Shown: one piece after another, positions 17,788 to 26,552 of the stretch
How positions within the stretch are numbered: the first letter of the stretch is position 1
Layout of the letters: every line of letters starts with the position of its first letter
Assembly (NCBI GenBank): GCA_038231275.1
Contig: JBBRLQ010000007.1
Span: 64,001 to 128,000 of the forward strand
Source: Polyangiales bacterium
Lineage (GTDB): Bacteria > Myxococcota_A > Polyangia > Polyangiales > Polyangiaceae
DNA length: 64,000 bases
Direction: 5' to 3'
The notes under the pieces: model-generated
The model's input: the letters and a program-made list of their open reading frames with translations, nothing else
Told to the model about the DNA's origin: nothing
The model's database searches: none
Made by a program: the position numbers and the translations under genes

Positions 17788-19239
17788 TCAGGACGGCGGC
17801 GCCCCGATCGTGTGGACGGCCGCGCGCTGCCATCCCTTCCTCGCGTACACCACCGCGTAGACGATCGCGCTCGCGATGTTGGTCGCCGCCACGCAGCGGA
17901 AGAGCACCTCCATCGGCACGTGAAAGAGCGCCACGGCGAGGATCGAGATCGGGAACTGAAAGCCCAGGATCACGGCGACATCGATCACGAAAGTCGTGCG
18001 CGTCGCGCCGGCGCCGGCCATTGCGTTGCCGAGCACCACGCCGACGCCGAGGCCGAGGTAGCTCGGCGCGACGATCTGGAGATAGACGAGCGCGATCTTG
18101 ACGGGCCCAGTGTCATCGTCGAAGACGCGCAGGAGCGACTCGCCGTACGCGAAGACGAGCGCCGCGATGAGCACGCTGGTGACGGCGTCGTAGCCGGCCG
18201 TGATCCATCCGCTGCGTGCCGCGCGCGCGAGCTTCTGCGCCCCCATGTTTTGCCCCACGAACGTCTGCGCCGCGCTCCCCCAACCCATCGCCACGAAGAG
18301 CGCCATCGTGTCGAGCCGGAAGACGAGGCCCATCGCCGTCGTCGCGGTCTGGTCCCCCTCCGTCGTGAACGCGCGCGCGACGATCGAGTTGACGAGGAGC
18401 ATCGCGAGGATCCGCAGCACGAACTGCGCGCTCGTCGGCCACGCGAGCGCGAGCAGGCGTCGCAGCTCGGGGCCGTCGGGCCCGCGCGATCCGGCGGGCG
18501 GCCACACGATCCCGTGCCTCCGCATCAGCACGACGACCGTGGGCACCAGTACGAGCCCGCGCGCGAAGATCGTTGCCCACGCCGCGCCGAGCATGCCCAT
18601 GCGCGGGATCCCCAGGGCGCGCGCGATCGGCGCGCCCCACGAGAGCATCGCCGGCGCCGGCCCGGGCCCGTAGATGAGGACGATCGCGAGCGCGACGTTG
18701 AGCACGTTGCCGCCGACGAGCAGCGACACCGGCGTCTTGCTCGAGCCGAGCGCGCGCTGGATCGTGGTGAGCTGCAGGAGAAAGAAGATCGTGAAGCTCC
18801 CGCCGACCATCACGCGCAGGTAGCGCTCGGCGATCGCCGCGACCTCGCCCTTCGCACCGACGACGTCGCGCACGATCGGTCCCGCGAGGCCGATGCCGAG
18901 CACACCGAAGACGACGGAGAGCGCGAGGACCACGAGGATCGACTGCCACGCCGTCTTCTGGATCGCGCTCTCTTGTCCTGCTCCCTTGTGCTGCGCGAGG
19001 AGCGACGCGGCCGCCGTCGACACGCCGTAGCTGAGGATCGTCCCTAGCGCTGCGATCTGATCGCAGATGCCGAGCGCGCCGATCGCGGGCCCGACCTCGG
19101 CGGGCGGGAGCTGCGCGACGAGGTACGCGTCGACGAGGTTGAACGTCGTCTGCAGCGCCATCCCCAGCGCGAGCGGCGCCCCGAAGCGAGCGACCTCGCG
19201 CGCGAGGGGGCCCTCCAGAATGCGTCGGCTCTGGGGCAT
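17788..19239 (-). CDS. MATE family efflux transporter
   Basis: QTTFNLVDAYLV, RALGSSKTP, NVLNVAL, GAAWAT, VGQNMGA; about 12 TM helices. Confidence 0.92.
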   Translation of the reverse strand: MPQSRRILEGPLAREVARFGAPLALGMALQTTFNLVDAYLVAQLPPAEVGPAIGALGICDQIAALGTILSYGVSTAAASLLAQHKGAGQESAIQKTAWQSILVVLALSVVFGVLGIGLAGPIVRDVVGAKGEVAAIAERYLRVMVGGSFTIFFLLQLTTIQRALGSSKTPVSLLVGGNVLNVALAIVLIYGPGPAPAMLSWGAPIARALGIPRMGMLGAAWATIFARGLVLVPTVVVLMRRHGIVWPPAGSRGPDGPELRRLLALAWPTSAQFVLRILAMLLVNSIVARAFTTEGDQTATTAMGLVFRLDTMALFVAMGWGSAAQTFVGQNMGAQKLARAARSGWITAGYDAVTSVLIAALVFAYGESLLRVFDDDTGPVKIALVYLQIVAPSYLGLGVGVVLGNAMAGAGATRTTFVIDVAVILGFQFPISILAVALFHVPMEVLFRCVAATNIASAIVYAVVYARKGWQRAAVHTIGAPPS

Positions 19240-19353
19240 GCGGGAGAGATCTACGCGTGGGGGCGGGCGAAATGTCCAATGGTCCCGGCAGGGGCTTGCA
19301 AATAATGCGTGCCGGAGTTGCCGTCGGGGGCCTCACAGGGGTAAAAATCCCTT

Positions 19354-20358
19354 GTGACTTCGCCGACCGAGAAGCCTTCGCGTCGCGAGATGCTGACCCG
19401 CCTGGGGGCCGCAACGGGCGTCCTCGCGGGCGCCGGCGTCCTCGGTCGTGCCGTTTGGGACAAGGGCGGCTTCGGGGCGACCGAGCTCACCGCGGCGCGC
19501 CAGGTCCGGGACTATCGCGTGCCTCTCGCGGGCAAAGATCTCCCCGAGCTCGTCGTCGCCAAGGGCATGCCCAAGGACGGCCTCCCCGCGGCCACCGCGG
19601 AGCAGCTCGTGAAGCGCGCCGTCGACGCGCTCGGCGGGATGGGAAAATTCATCAGCCGCGGCGACATCGTCGTCGTCAAGCCCAACATCGGTTGGGATCG
19701 CATGCCGATCCACGCCGCGAACACGAACCCCGACGTCGTCGGCGCGGTCATCCAGCTCGCCTTCGACGCCGGCGCGAAGAAGGTCATCGTCGCGGACGGC
19801 TCTTGCAACGATCCGAACCGCTGCTTCCAGCGCTCGGGCATCTGGCGCAAGGCGTACGGTCTCGGCGCCGAGGTCATCCTCCCCGCGGAGCACCGTTACC
19901 GCACGACGCGCATGAAGGGCGAGGTCCTCGACGAGTGGCCGATTTTCACCACGCTCGTCGACGCCGACAAGGTCATCAACGTCCCCGTCGCGAAGCACCA
20001 CAACCTCGCGAAGTACACGGCGGCGATGAAGAACTGGTACGGCGTCCTCGGCGGCCGTCGTAACCGCTTGCACCAGAACATCGACGTGTCGATCGCGGAT
20101 CTCGCGACGTTCATGCGCCCGTCGCTCGTCGTCATCGACGCGATGCGCGTGCTCGTACGAAACGGCCCGCAAGGCGGCAACATCGACGACACGAAGGTGA
20201 TGGGCACCATCATCGCCACCACCGATCAGGTCGCCGCCGACGCCTACGGCTGCACGCTCATCGGACAGCACCGCGACAACCTCCCGTACCTCAAGATGGG
20301 CCACGAACGCGGGCTCGGGACGATGTACTGGGAGAACCTCCGCCTGAAGGAGGTGTGA
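19354..20358 (+). CDS. Tat-exported DUF362 domain protein
   Basis: SRREML twin-arginine leader, VVVKPNIGW, NTNPDVV, INVPVAKHH, AMKNWYG, DQVAADA. Confidence 0.9.
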   Translation: MTSPTEKPSRREMLTRLGAATGVLAGAGVLGRAVWDKGGFGATELTAARQVRDYRVPLAGKDLPELVVAKGMPKDGLPAATAEQLVKRAVDALGGMGKFISRGDIVVVKPNIGWDRMPIHAANTNPDVVGAVIQLAFDAGAKKVIVADGSCNDPNRCFQRSGIWRKAYGLGAEVILPAEHRYRTTRMKGEVLDEWPIFTTLVDADKVINVPVAKHHNLAKYTAAMKNWYGVLGGRRNRLHQNIDVSIADLATFMRPSLVVIDAMRVLVRNGPQGGNIDDTKVMGTIIATTDQVAADAYGCTLIGQHRDNLPYLKMGHERGLGTMYWENLRLKEV

Positions 20359-20360
20359 GG

Positions 20361-22358
20361 ATGGCCGCACAGCCCAAGGCCCACGCGAGCGCGTTGCTCG
20401 ATCGCGAGAAGATCGAGAGCGCCCCGGAAGAGCACGCGCACGTCGCGCCGATCCCGTGGAAGGGCGTCATCGGGGTGGTGCCCGCGCTCGATGCGGCGAA
20501 CGCGACCACGACCCCGACCACGACCACGACCGCGACCGCGACCGATCGTGCGACCGCGACCTCGGCGACGACTGCGACCGCGTCCACGACGGTGGCGACG
20601 CCGTCTCTCTGGGAGCGCTTCCGTAAGCGCTTCCCGAAGAAGAAGCGGGCCGGCTCCGGCATCCCCGCCCGCACCAGCATTCGCACGCTCGTCTGGGTGC
20701 GGCGCGCGTCGCAGGTGATCTTCTTCGCGGTCTTCATGTACTTCCTCTTCCAGACCGGCTTCCGCGGCTCGTTCGCCGCGAAGGCGGACACGGCCGTGCG
20801 GCTGCCGCTGCCGGTGGAGGCGTTTCTCCTCGCCGATCCGTTCGTCGCCGCGATGACGGTACTCTCGACGCACACGGTCTACCGCGGCCTCCTCTGGAGC
20901 GTTGGTCTCCTCGCCCTCACGCTCGTGTTCGGGCGCGTGTTCTGCGGGTGGATTTGCCCGTTTGGCACCTTGCACCACTTCTTCGGGTGGATCCTCCCGT
21001 CGCCGAAGGGGCGCGGTGGCCATCGTGTCGAGGCGAACAAGACGCACACCTATCAGCGCGTGAAGTACTACCTGATGTACGCGTTCATCCTCGCCGGCGT
21101 GGCGGGGAGCGCGATCGGCGGGCTCTTCGATCCGATCTGCATCGCCGTGCGGTCGATCGGCCTCGGCGTCATCCCGGCGGCGCAGTACCTCACCGGCCGC
21201 GGCCTCGGCGCCGTGCAGGACGTCCATTCGCGTCCGCTCCAGACCGCCGCCGATCACACGCAGGACTACCTCGCGCAGACGGTCTGGCAGAGTCACCAGT
21301 TCTACTTCCACCAAACGTGGTTCATCGTCTTCCTGCTCGTCGCGGTCCTGTTCGCGAACCGCTTCATCCCGCGCTTCTGGTGCCGCGTGCTCTGCCCGCT
21401 CGGCGCGTTCCTGGGGATTTTCTCGCGGTTCGCGATCTTCGGCATGGAGAAAGACCATGCAAAGTGCACCGATTGCAATCTGTGCCTCGTCAACTGCCAG
21501 GGGGCCGACTCGCCGCAAGGTGGCGTGAAGTGGCGCCAGGACGAGTGCCACATGTGCATGAACTGCGAGACCGCGTGCCCGGAGGACGTGATCAAGTTCC
21601 GTTTCCTCCCGAACCGCAAGAGCGCGGTCACGGTCCCCGACACGCAGCGCCGCACGCTCCTCGCCACCGCCGCCGCCGGCGCCGCGTTCATCCCCGCCGC
21701 GCGCATCGCCGACTCGCTCGACGTCAACTACCACCCGAAGGTCATTCGCCCGCCGGGCGCCGTCGAAGAGCGCGCGTTCCTCGAGCGCTGCATCCGCTGC
21801 GCCGAGTGCATGAAGGTGTGCCCGAACAACGCGCTCCACCCCGCCTTCCTCGAGGCCGGCATCGAGGGCATCTGGACGCCCATCCTCATCGCGCGCATCG
21901 GCTACTGCGAGAACTCGTGCGTCCTCTGCGGCCAGGTCTGCCCGACCGGCGCGATCCAGAAGATCACCGAGAAGGAGAAGCTCGGTCAGGGCGTCCCGCC
22001 GGTGAAGATCGGCACCGCCTTCTACGATCACGGCCGCTGCCTCCCGTGGAGCATGCAGACGCCGTGCATCGTCTGTGAAGAGTTCTGCCCGACGTCGCCG
22101 AAAGCGATCTGGGTCGAAGAAGTCGACGCCGAGGTCCGCGACGACAAGCCCGGCCCCAACGGCGAGCAGCCGGCGATGAAGAAGGTGCACCTCCAGCGCC
22201 CGCACGTCGACCCGAACCTCTGCATCGGCTGCGGCGCGTGCGAGAAGGTGTGCCCGGTGCAAGACCAGCCGGCGGTCTACATCACGAGCGTGGGTGAGAC
22301 GCGCAGCAAGACGAACGTCATTTTGCTGGAGAACACGAGCTACAACCAGAAGAGCTGA
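20361..22358 (+). CDS. Membrane 4Fe-4S polyferredoxin (NapH/MauN-like fused to NapG/MauM-like)
   Basis: FCGWICPFG and FWCRVLCPLG CxxxCP motifs, several CxxCxxCxxxCP clusters, IRPPGA. Confidence 0.9.
   Translation: MAAQPKAHASALLDREKIESAPEEHAHVAPIPWKGVIGVVPALDAANATTTPTTTTTATATDRATATSATTATASTTVATPSLWERFRKRFPKKKRAGSGIPARTSIRTLVWVRRASQVIFFAVFMYFLFQTGFRGSFAAKADTAVRLPLPVEAFLLADPFVAAMTVLSTHTVYRGLLWSVGLLALTLVFGRVFCGWICPFGTLHHFFGWILPSPKGRGGHRVEANKTHTYQRVKYYLMYAFILAGVAGSAIGGLFDPICIAVRSIGLGVIPAAQYLTGRGLGAVQDVHSRPLQTAADHTQDYLAQTVWQSHQFYFHQTWFIVFLLVAVLFANRFIPRFWCRVLCPLGAFLGIFSRFAIFGMEKDHAKCTDCNLCLVNCQGADSPQGGVKWRQDECHMCMNCETACPEDVIKFRFLPNRKSAVTVPDTQRRTLLATAAAGAAFIPAARIADSLDVNYHPKVIRPPGAVEERAFLERCIRCAECMKVCPNNALHPAFLEAGIEGIWTPILIARIGYCENSCVLCGQVCPTGAIQKITEKEKLGQGVPPVKIGTAFYDHGRCLPWSMQTPCIVCEEFCPTSPKAIWVEEVDAEVRDDKPGPNGEQPAMKKVHLQRPHVDPNLCIGCGACEKVCPVQDQPAVYITSVGETRSKTNVILLENTSYNQKS
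20503..20600 (+). repeat. Degenerate hexamer repeat (ACCNCG-like) encoding a Thr/Ala-rich tract
   Basis: gcgaccacgaccccgaccacgaccacgaccgcgaccgcgacc... Boundaries approximate. Confidence 0.6.
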
Positions 22359-22521
22359 CGGTCGCGCTCCGATCCGGTGATCAAATGCTGGTGACGCTGC
22401 TCGGCCAGCGCCTCGAGAAGAAGGCTTCTTCCAAGTCATCGTCGTTGACTCGGGCGCCATCGACGACGCGAAGACGTTTTGCCCACCACTTCTTCCTGTC
22501 GGAGGGGGCTGCGTCGGGACC

Positions 22522-22549
22522 TTGCCCAACCCGCCGGCGTGGCTAACTT
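22522..22549 (+). promoter_or_regulatory. Sigma-70-type promoter, probably leaderless
   Basis: TTGCCC-N16-TAACTT, 6 nt upstream of GTG 22556. Confidence 0.5.
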
Positions 22550-22555
22550 TCCTCT

Positions 22556-22801
22556 GTGACCACCGATCTCCTGCTGTTCGTCGTGCTGCTCGCCATCTCG
22601 GCGATGTCCACGCTCGCGGGGTTGCTCGTGGCCCGCGCGCGGTTGCGCAGAGCTCTGCTCCTCGCGGAGGCACCGTTCGACGGTTCCGCGATCGCGCTCC
22701 CCGCCAGCGCGGAGCCAGTGCGCGGTGGCGGGCTCCGCCGTCGACGCGCGCATCTCCGTCACGAGTACGACCTGATGATCGGGCGCACGTTCTTTCACTG
22801 A
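22556..22801 (+). CDS. Small hypothetical membrane protein
   Basis: 81 aa with an N-terminal hydrophobic helix and a promoter-like element directly upstream. Confidence 0.55.
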   Translation: MTTDLLLFVVLLAISAMSTLAGLLVARARLRRALLLAEAPFDGSAIALPASAEPVRGGGLRRRRAHLRHEYDLMIGRTFFH

Positions 22802-23181
22802 CGCGATCGTCGAGGCCCCCCCGCGTCCATCGGGTCCAAAAAAATCGCCGCGCGTCCGCCGCCGCGGCGATGTTCTCGTGCGGTGCCTCCTAGGTCGTCT
22901 CCGACTGGACGCTCGTTTATGTGCGGCGTGACTGGTCGTCCGGCGTCGTCACGGACGATCCGCGGCTCGTCGGAACTCTGCGCACCGTCGAACGCGTCGT
23001 CGCGATCACGCGCGGGGTCGGACAGAAGAGTGCAGCCTCGAATCCTCGGCGTCCAAGGACAGGCCCTTCAACGTCCCGGGACACCCTTCCTGATTCGCAA
23101 GCCGCTGTATTCGCGCCTCACGCCGATGGCGCGCAGTTTGCGGATGGCATCGCATGCGGCTGAACGAAGAGCCCGACGAAG

Positions 23182-23363
23182 AGCATCACGCGCTTCATCG
23201 AGGCCAAATTCAAGCTCCCGCGCTCACTGCGCGTGACGCGAACGCGGATCCGATGCTGGACCTCTTCGATTTCACCCAGGCGCCCGCGCCGCCGCCGACG
23301 ATCGCCGCGCCGGTGGTGGAGCCGAACGAGCTCGGGTACTGCAAGGCGCAGCTCTCGAAGTGA
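23182..23363 (+). pseudogene. C-terminal remnant of phosphoesterase/phospholipase C family gene, frameshifted
   Basis: SITRFIEAKFKL in one frame continues as PALTARDANADPMLDLFDF after a 1-nt loss in ctcccgcg near 23216-23220. No N-terminal part found. Confidence 0.7.
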
Positions 23364-23406
23364 ACGGGCGTGCGCGCCCCGAGACCGCTCTCGCGGCCGA
23401 GGCGAG

Positions 23407-24483
23407 CTAGAAATCTGCGGTGAGGAAGCGCGCCGCGTCGGTGGTGCTCGGCGTGCCGCGAAAGTACTGGCCGGAGAGGAGGCCTGCGCTCGGCGAGACG
23501 CTCCGTCGATCGAGCACCATCCCGAGCGCGGCGCCGCGTCGCTCGACCGGCGCGGACCCGTTCGCCAGCGCGTCTTTCGTGCGGGTTCGGATCGACTTGT
23601 ACATGAGCGTCGGATCCCAGCCGTTCAAGCGCACGTGCGGCTCGGCCGGCGTTGCCCACGGACGCCCGAGCGTCAAGAGGCGCGTCACGGGGACTTTGTT
23701 TCCAGGGTTGCTCGCGCCGCCGATGAGCGTCATCGGGATCAGCACGTCGAACTTCCACTCCGCGTTCATGTACGGCTCGACGAGGTTGGCGAGCTTCATG
23801 AACGACAGCGTGAACGCCGAGCAGCCGGCGCCCTCTTGGAACGACGGACGGACGAAGCCGTAGTTCTTCTCGACGTCGCGCGCGTCGTAGTCCTTCACGT
23901 AGTCGAGCAGGCCGCGGCACACGTCGCTCGAGATGCCGATGCGCAGGAACGCGACGCGACCGTCGTCGGCGTAGCGGCTGTCGAGCGTGCTCTGGAGGAC
24001 CTCCTCCTTCTCGAGCTCGCCGGCGACGGTGCGAAGGAGGACGCCGAGGCCCGCCTGCTCCTTGATCACCATGTCGCGGAACTCGTTGCCGGTGTCGGTC
24101 ATCGAGCCCTGGAAGTGGGCGGCGGGCTTGTCGGCGGTCGCGCCGCAGTCCACGCGAACGGCGGCGTGTCCGATCCCGCGCGAAAGGCCGAGGCCTTCGT
24201 TGAAGAGCGTGCCGCGCGCGAGGCTGCCTGGCGTCGCCCAGCTGAGCCCCGTGAGCTTCGGCGCCGGTATGGCGAACATCGTCAGCTCGTGATCGAACGC
24301 GCGCGTCTCCTGCGATGCGCGCGCGAGCTCGTCTTGTGTGGAGTCGAGCGGCGCGAGGCTCTCGCCATCGGTGGCGGTCTGCGCCTCGGGCGCGGTGTTG
24401 TCGTCGGTCGGCCCTGCGCCGCCGCCACAGGCGAGCAAGGAGGACGGGACGAGGACGAGGAGGATCGCGGTGGTTCTACGCAT
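23407..24483 (-). CDS. Hypothetical lipoprotein, possible His/Cys papain-like catalytic pair
   Basis: LLAC lipobox, IGHAAV and EGAGCSAF segments. Confidence 0.75.
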   Translation of the reverse strand: MRRTTAILLVLVPSSLLACGGGAGPTDDNTAPEAQTATDGESLAPLDSTQDELARASQETRAFDHELTMFAIPAPKLTGLSWATPGSLARGTLFNEGLGLSRGIGHAAVRVDCGATADKPAAHFQGSMTDTGNEFRDMVIKEQAGLGVLLRTVAGELEKEEVLQSTLDSRYADDGRVAFLRIGISSDVCRGLLDYVKDYDARDVEKNYGFVRPSFQEGAGCSAFTLSFMKLANLVEPYMNAEWKFDVLIPMTLIGGASNPGNKVPVTRLLTLGRPWATPAEPHVRLNGWDPTLMYKSIRTRTKDALANGSAPVERRGAALGMVLDRRSVSPSAGLLSGQYFRGTPSTTDAARFLTADF

Positions 24484-24495
24484 GGCGCATCATGG

Positions 24496-24512
24496 TGCAC
24501 ATTGTCTGCCAA
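24496..24512 (-). promoter_or_regulatory. Sigma-54 promoter (-24/-12)
   Basis: TTGGCAGACAATGTGCA on the minus strand, GG-N10-GC, directly upstream of ATG 24483. Confidence 0.55.
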
Positions 24513-24654
24513 CGTGTGGAAAGATACGACAGTAGCATAACGCTGTATATGTTCGGGATCTCAGGTGAAAATCTATCGGGTAGGGGCGGTGGCCATGGAT
24601 CGGATGGACCTCCTGCGATCCGGGAACGTGCGCCGTGCTATCTCGCGGCGGACG

Positions 24655-26040
24655 ATGTCCGGCATCTCCCACGACCGCGCCGACGCGCGCCCTCTCGCGG
24701 TGCTCGTCTCGATTCAGCTCCCGGAGACCGACGACGTCCAGCACGCGGCCGATCTCGCCGAGCTCGGTCGCCTCGTGAGCACGCTCGGTTACGACGTCGT
24801 CGGCACCGTCTCGCAAAGACGCGAAGCGCTCGCCGCCGCGGCGGTGCTCGGCGAGGGCAAGCTCAAGGACCTCGCGGTGTTCACCGGCGGCAAGGGGATC
24901 GTCCCGTCGGCGGCGAAGGAAGTGAAGACGAAGGCGCGGGCGCGATGGAAGGCCGAGGCCGGCACCGGCGCCGACTCCGACTCCGACTCCGACTCCGACT
25001 CCGATCCCGAAGCGAAGCCGGGGCTCGCGACGGTGGTCGTCGTCGATCACGAGATCTCACCGAGCCAGGCACGCAACCTCGAGAAGGCGACCGGCGCGCA
25101 GGTGCTCGATCGCACGGGCGTCATCGTCGACATCTTCCATCGCCACGCCAAGAGCCGCGAGGCGCGCCTGCAGGTCGAGATCGCGCGCCTCACGTATGTC
25201 GCGCCGAGGTTGCGCGAGTCGCCGGGTGGCAAGGAGCGGCAGCGCGGCAAGGGCTCCGGCGAGGCGGCGATCGAGCTCGATCGCCGGAAGATCCGCGACC
25301 GCATCGCGGAGCTCCGCGAAGAGCTCGCCGCGATTCAGAAGCAGCAAGACAACCGGCGCTACGCGCGACGGGATCAGCTCCGCGTCGCGCTGGTGGGTTA
25401 CACGAACGCCGGAAAATCCAGCCTCATGCGCGGCCTCACCGGGAGTGAGGTCCTCGTCGCCGACAAGCTGTTCGCGACGCTCGACACCACCGTGCGCGCG
25501 CTTCATCCGGAGACGAAGCCGCGCCTCCTCGTCAGCGACACCGTCGGCTTCATCCAGAAGCTCCCGCACGATCTCGTCGCGTCTTTTCGCTCGACGCTCG
25601 ACGAGGCGCTCGAGGCGTCGCTCCTCTTGTACGTCGTCGACGCGTCCGATCCGACGCACGCGCAGGAGCTCCAGGTCACGCGTGACGTCTTGAAGGAGAT
25701 CGGCGCCGACGTGGTGCCGAGCCTGCTCCTCCTCAACAAGATCGATCGCGTGAGCGCCGACGAGCGCGCCGTGCTCGCCGTCCAACATCCGGACGCCGTC
25801 CAGCTCTCGGCGCACGATCCGACCGACGTTGCGCGCCTACGCCAAATCGTGATCGATCACTTCGATGCCGCGATGACCGACGACGAGCTCACCGTTCCCT
25901 ACGCGAAGCAGGCGCTCCTCGGCACCGTGTACGAGAGCGCGCGCGTCCTCGGCGAGCGCTACGACGAGGCGGGAACGCACCTCCGGGTGCGCGCGCTCCC
26001 TGCCGCGATCGCGCGGCTGCGACGGGCGTTCGCGTCCTGA
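24655..26040 (+). CDS. hflX: Ribosome-splitting GTPase HflX
   Basis: GEGKL, QARNLEK, LDRTGVIVDIF, GYTNAGKSS (G1), DKLFATLDTT (G2), DTVGF (G3), NKID (G4). Confidence 0.97.
   Translation: MSGISHDRADARPLAVLVSIQLPETDDVQHAADLAELGRLVSTLGYDVVGTVSQRREALAAAAVLGEGKLKDLAVFTGGKGIVPSAAKEVKTKARARWKAEAGTGADSDSDSDSDSDPEAKPGLATVVVVDHEISPSQARNLEKATGAQVLDRTGVIVDIFHRHAKSREARLQVEIARLTYVAPRLRESPGGKERQRGKGSGEAAIELDRRKIRDRIAELREELAAIQKQQDNRRYARRDQLRVALVGYTNAGKSSLMRGLTGSEVLVADKLFATLDTTVRALHPETKPRLLVSDTVGFIQKLPHDLVASFRSTLDEALEASLLLYVVDASDPTHAQELQVTRDVLKEIGADVVPSLLLLNKIDRVSADERAVLAVQHPDAVQLSAHDPTDVARLRQIVIDHFDAAMTDDELTVPYAKQALLGTVYESARVLGERYDEAGTHLRVRALPAAIARLRRAFAS
24971..25000 (+). repeat. (CCGACT)5 in-frame microsatellite in hflX (Asp-Ser tract)
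   Basis: Five perfect copies followed by CCGATC. Confidence 0.9.
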
Positions 26041-26114
26041 CGTCCATCGCAGGCTCGGTGCGCCGTGCGCGTCGCAGGTGTCCAGGGCCGGGAGAATCTG
26101 CGATGCTGCGCGCC

Positions 26115-26552
26115 ATGGGCGAGGGGAAAGTGGACGTGGTCGCTTCGATTCGCGCGCCGATCGCGCGGGTATTCGAGCAGCTCTCCGATCACGAGGGGAT
26201 GTCGAGGTGGCCGGGCATCGGCGACTCGCGGCTCGTCAAGGAGGGGACGGAGGCGAAGAACGGCCTCGGCGCGGTTCGCCGTGTCAAGGTGGGCGGCCTT
26301 ACGCTGGACGAGGAGGTGGTCCTCTTCGAGCCGCCGCGCGCGTTCGACTACGCGATCATCCGCGGGCTGCCGATCGATCATCACCTCGGATCGGTGCGGC
26401 TCACCGAGGCGGATGGCGCCGTGGAGGTGCGGTGGTCGATCCGCATCCGCAGCAAGTGGCCGCTCCTCGCGCAGCTCACGGCGCTCGCGCTGCGTCGAGG
26501 CCTTCCGAAGGCGCTCGGTTACTTGAGGGGCGAGCTCGAGGCGGCGCCGTAA
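26115..26552 (+). CDS. SRPBCC (polyketide cyclase/START-like) family protein
   Basis: IRAPIARVFEQLSDHEGMSRW, GLGAVRRV, EEVVLFEPPRAFDY. Confidence 0.85.
   Translation: MGEGKVDVVASIRAPIARVFEQLSDHEGMSRWPGIGDSRLVKEGTEAKNGLGAVRRVKVGGLTLDEEVVLFEPPRAFDYAIIRGLPIDHHLGSVRLTEADGAVEVRWSIRIRSKWPLLAQLTALALRRGLPKALGYLRGELEAAP

Noticed and set aside
19286-19300. CGGCAGGGGCTTGCA as a sigma-54 promoter for DUF362
   Set aside because: GG-to-GC spacing is 9 nt, not the required 10.
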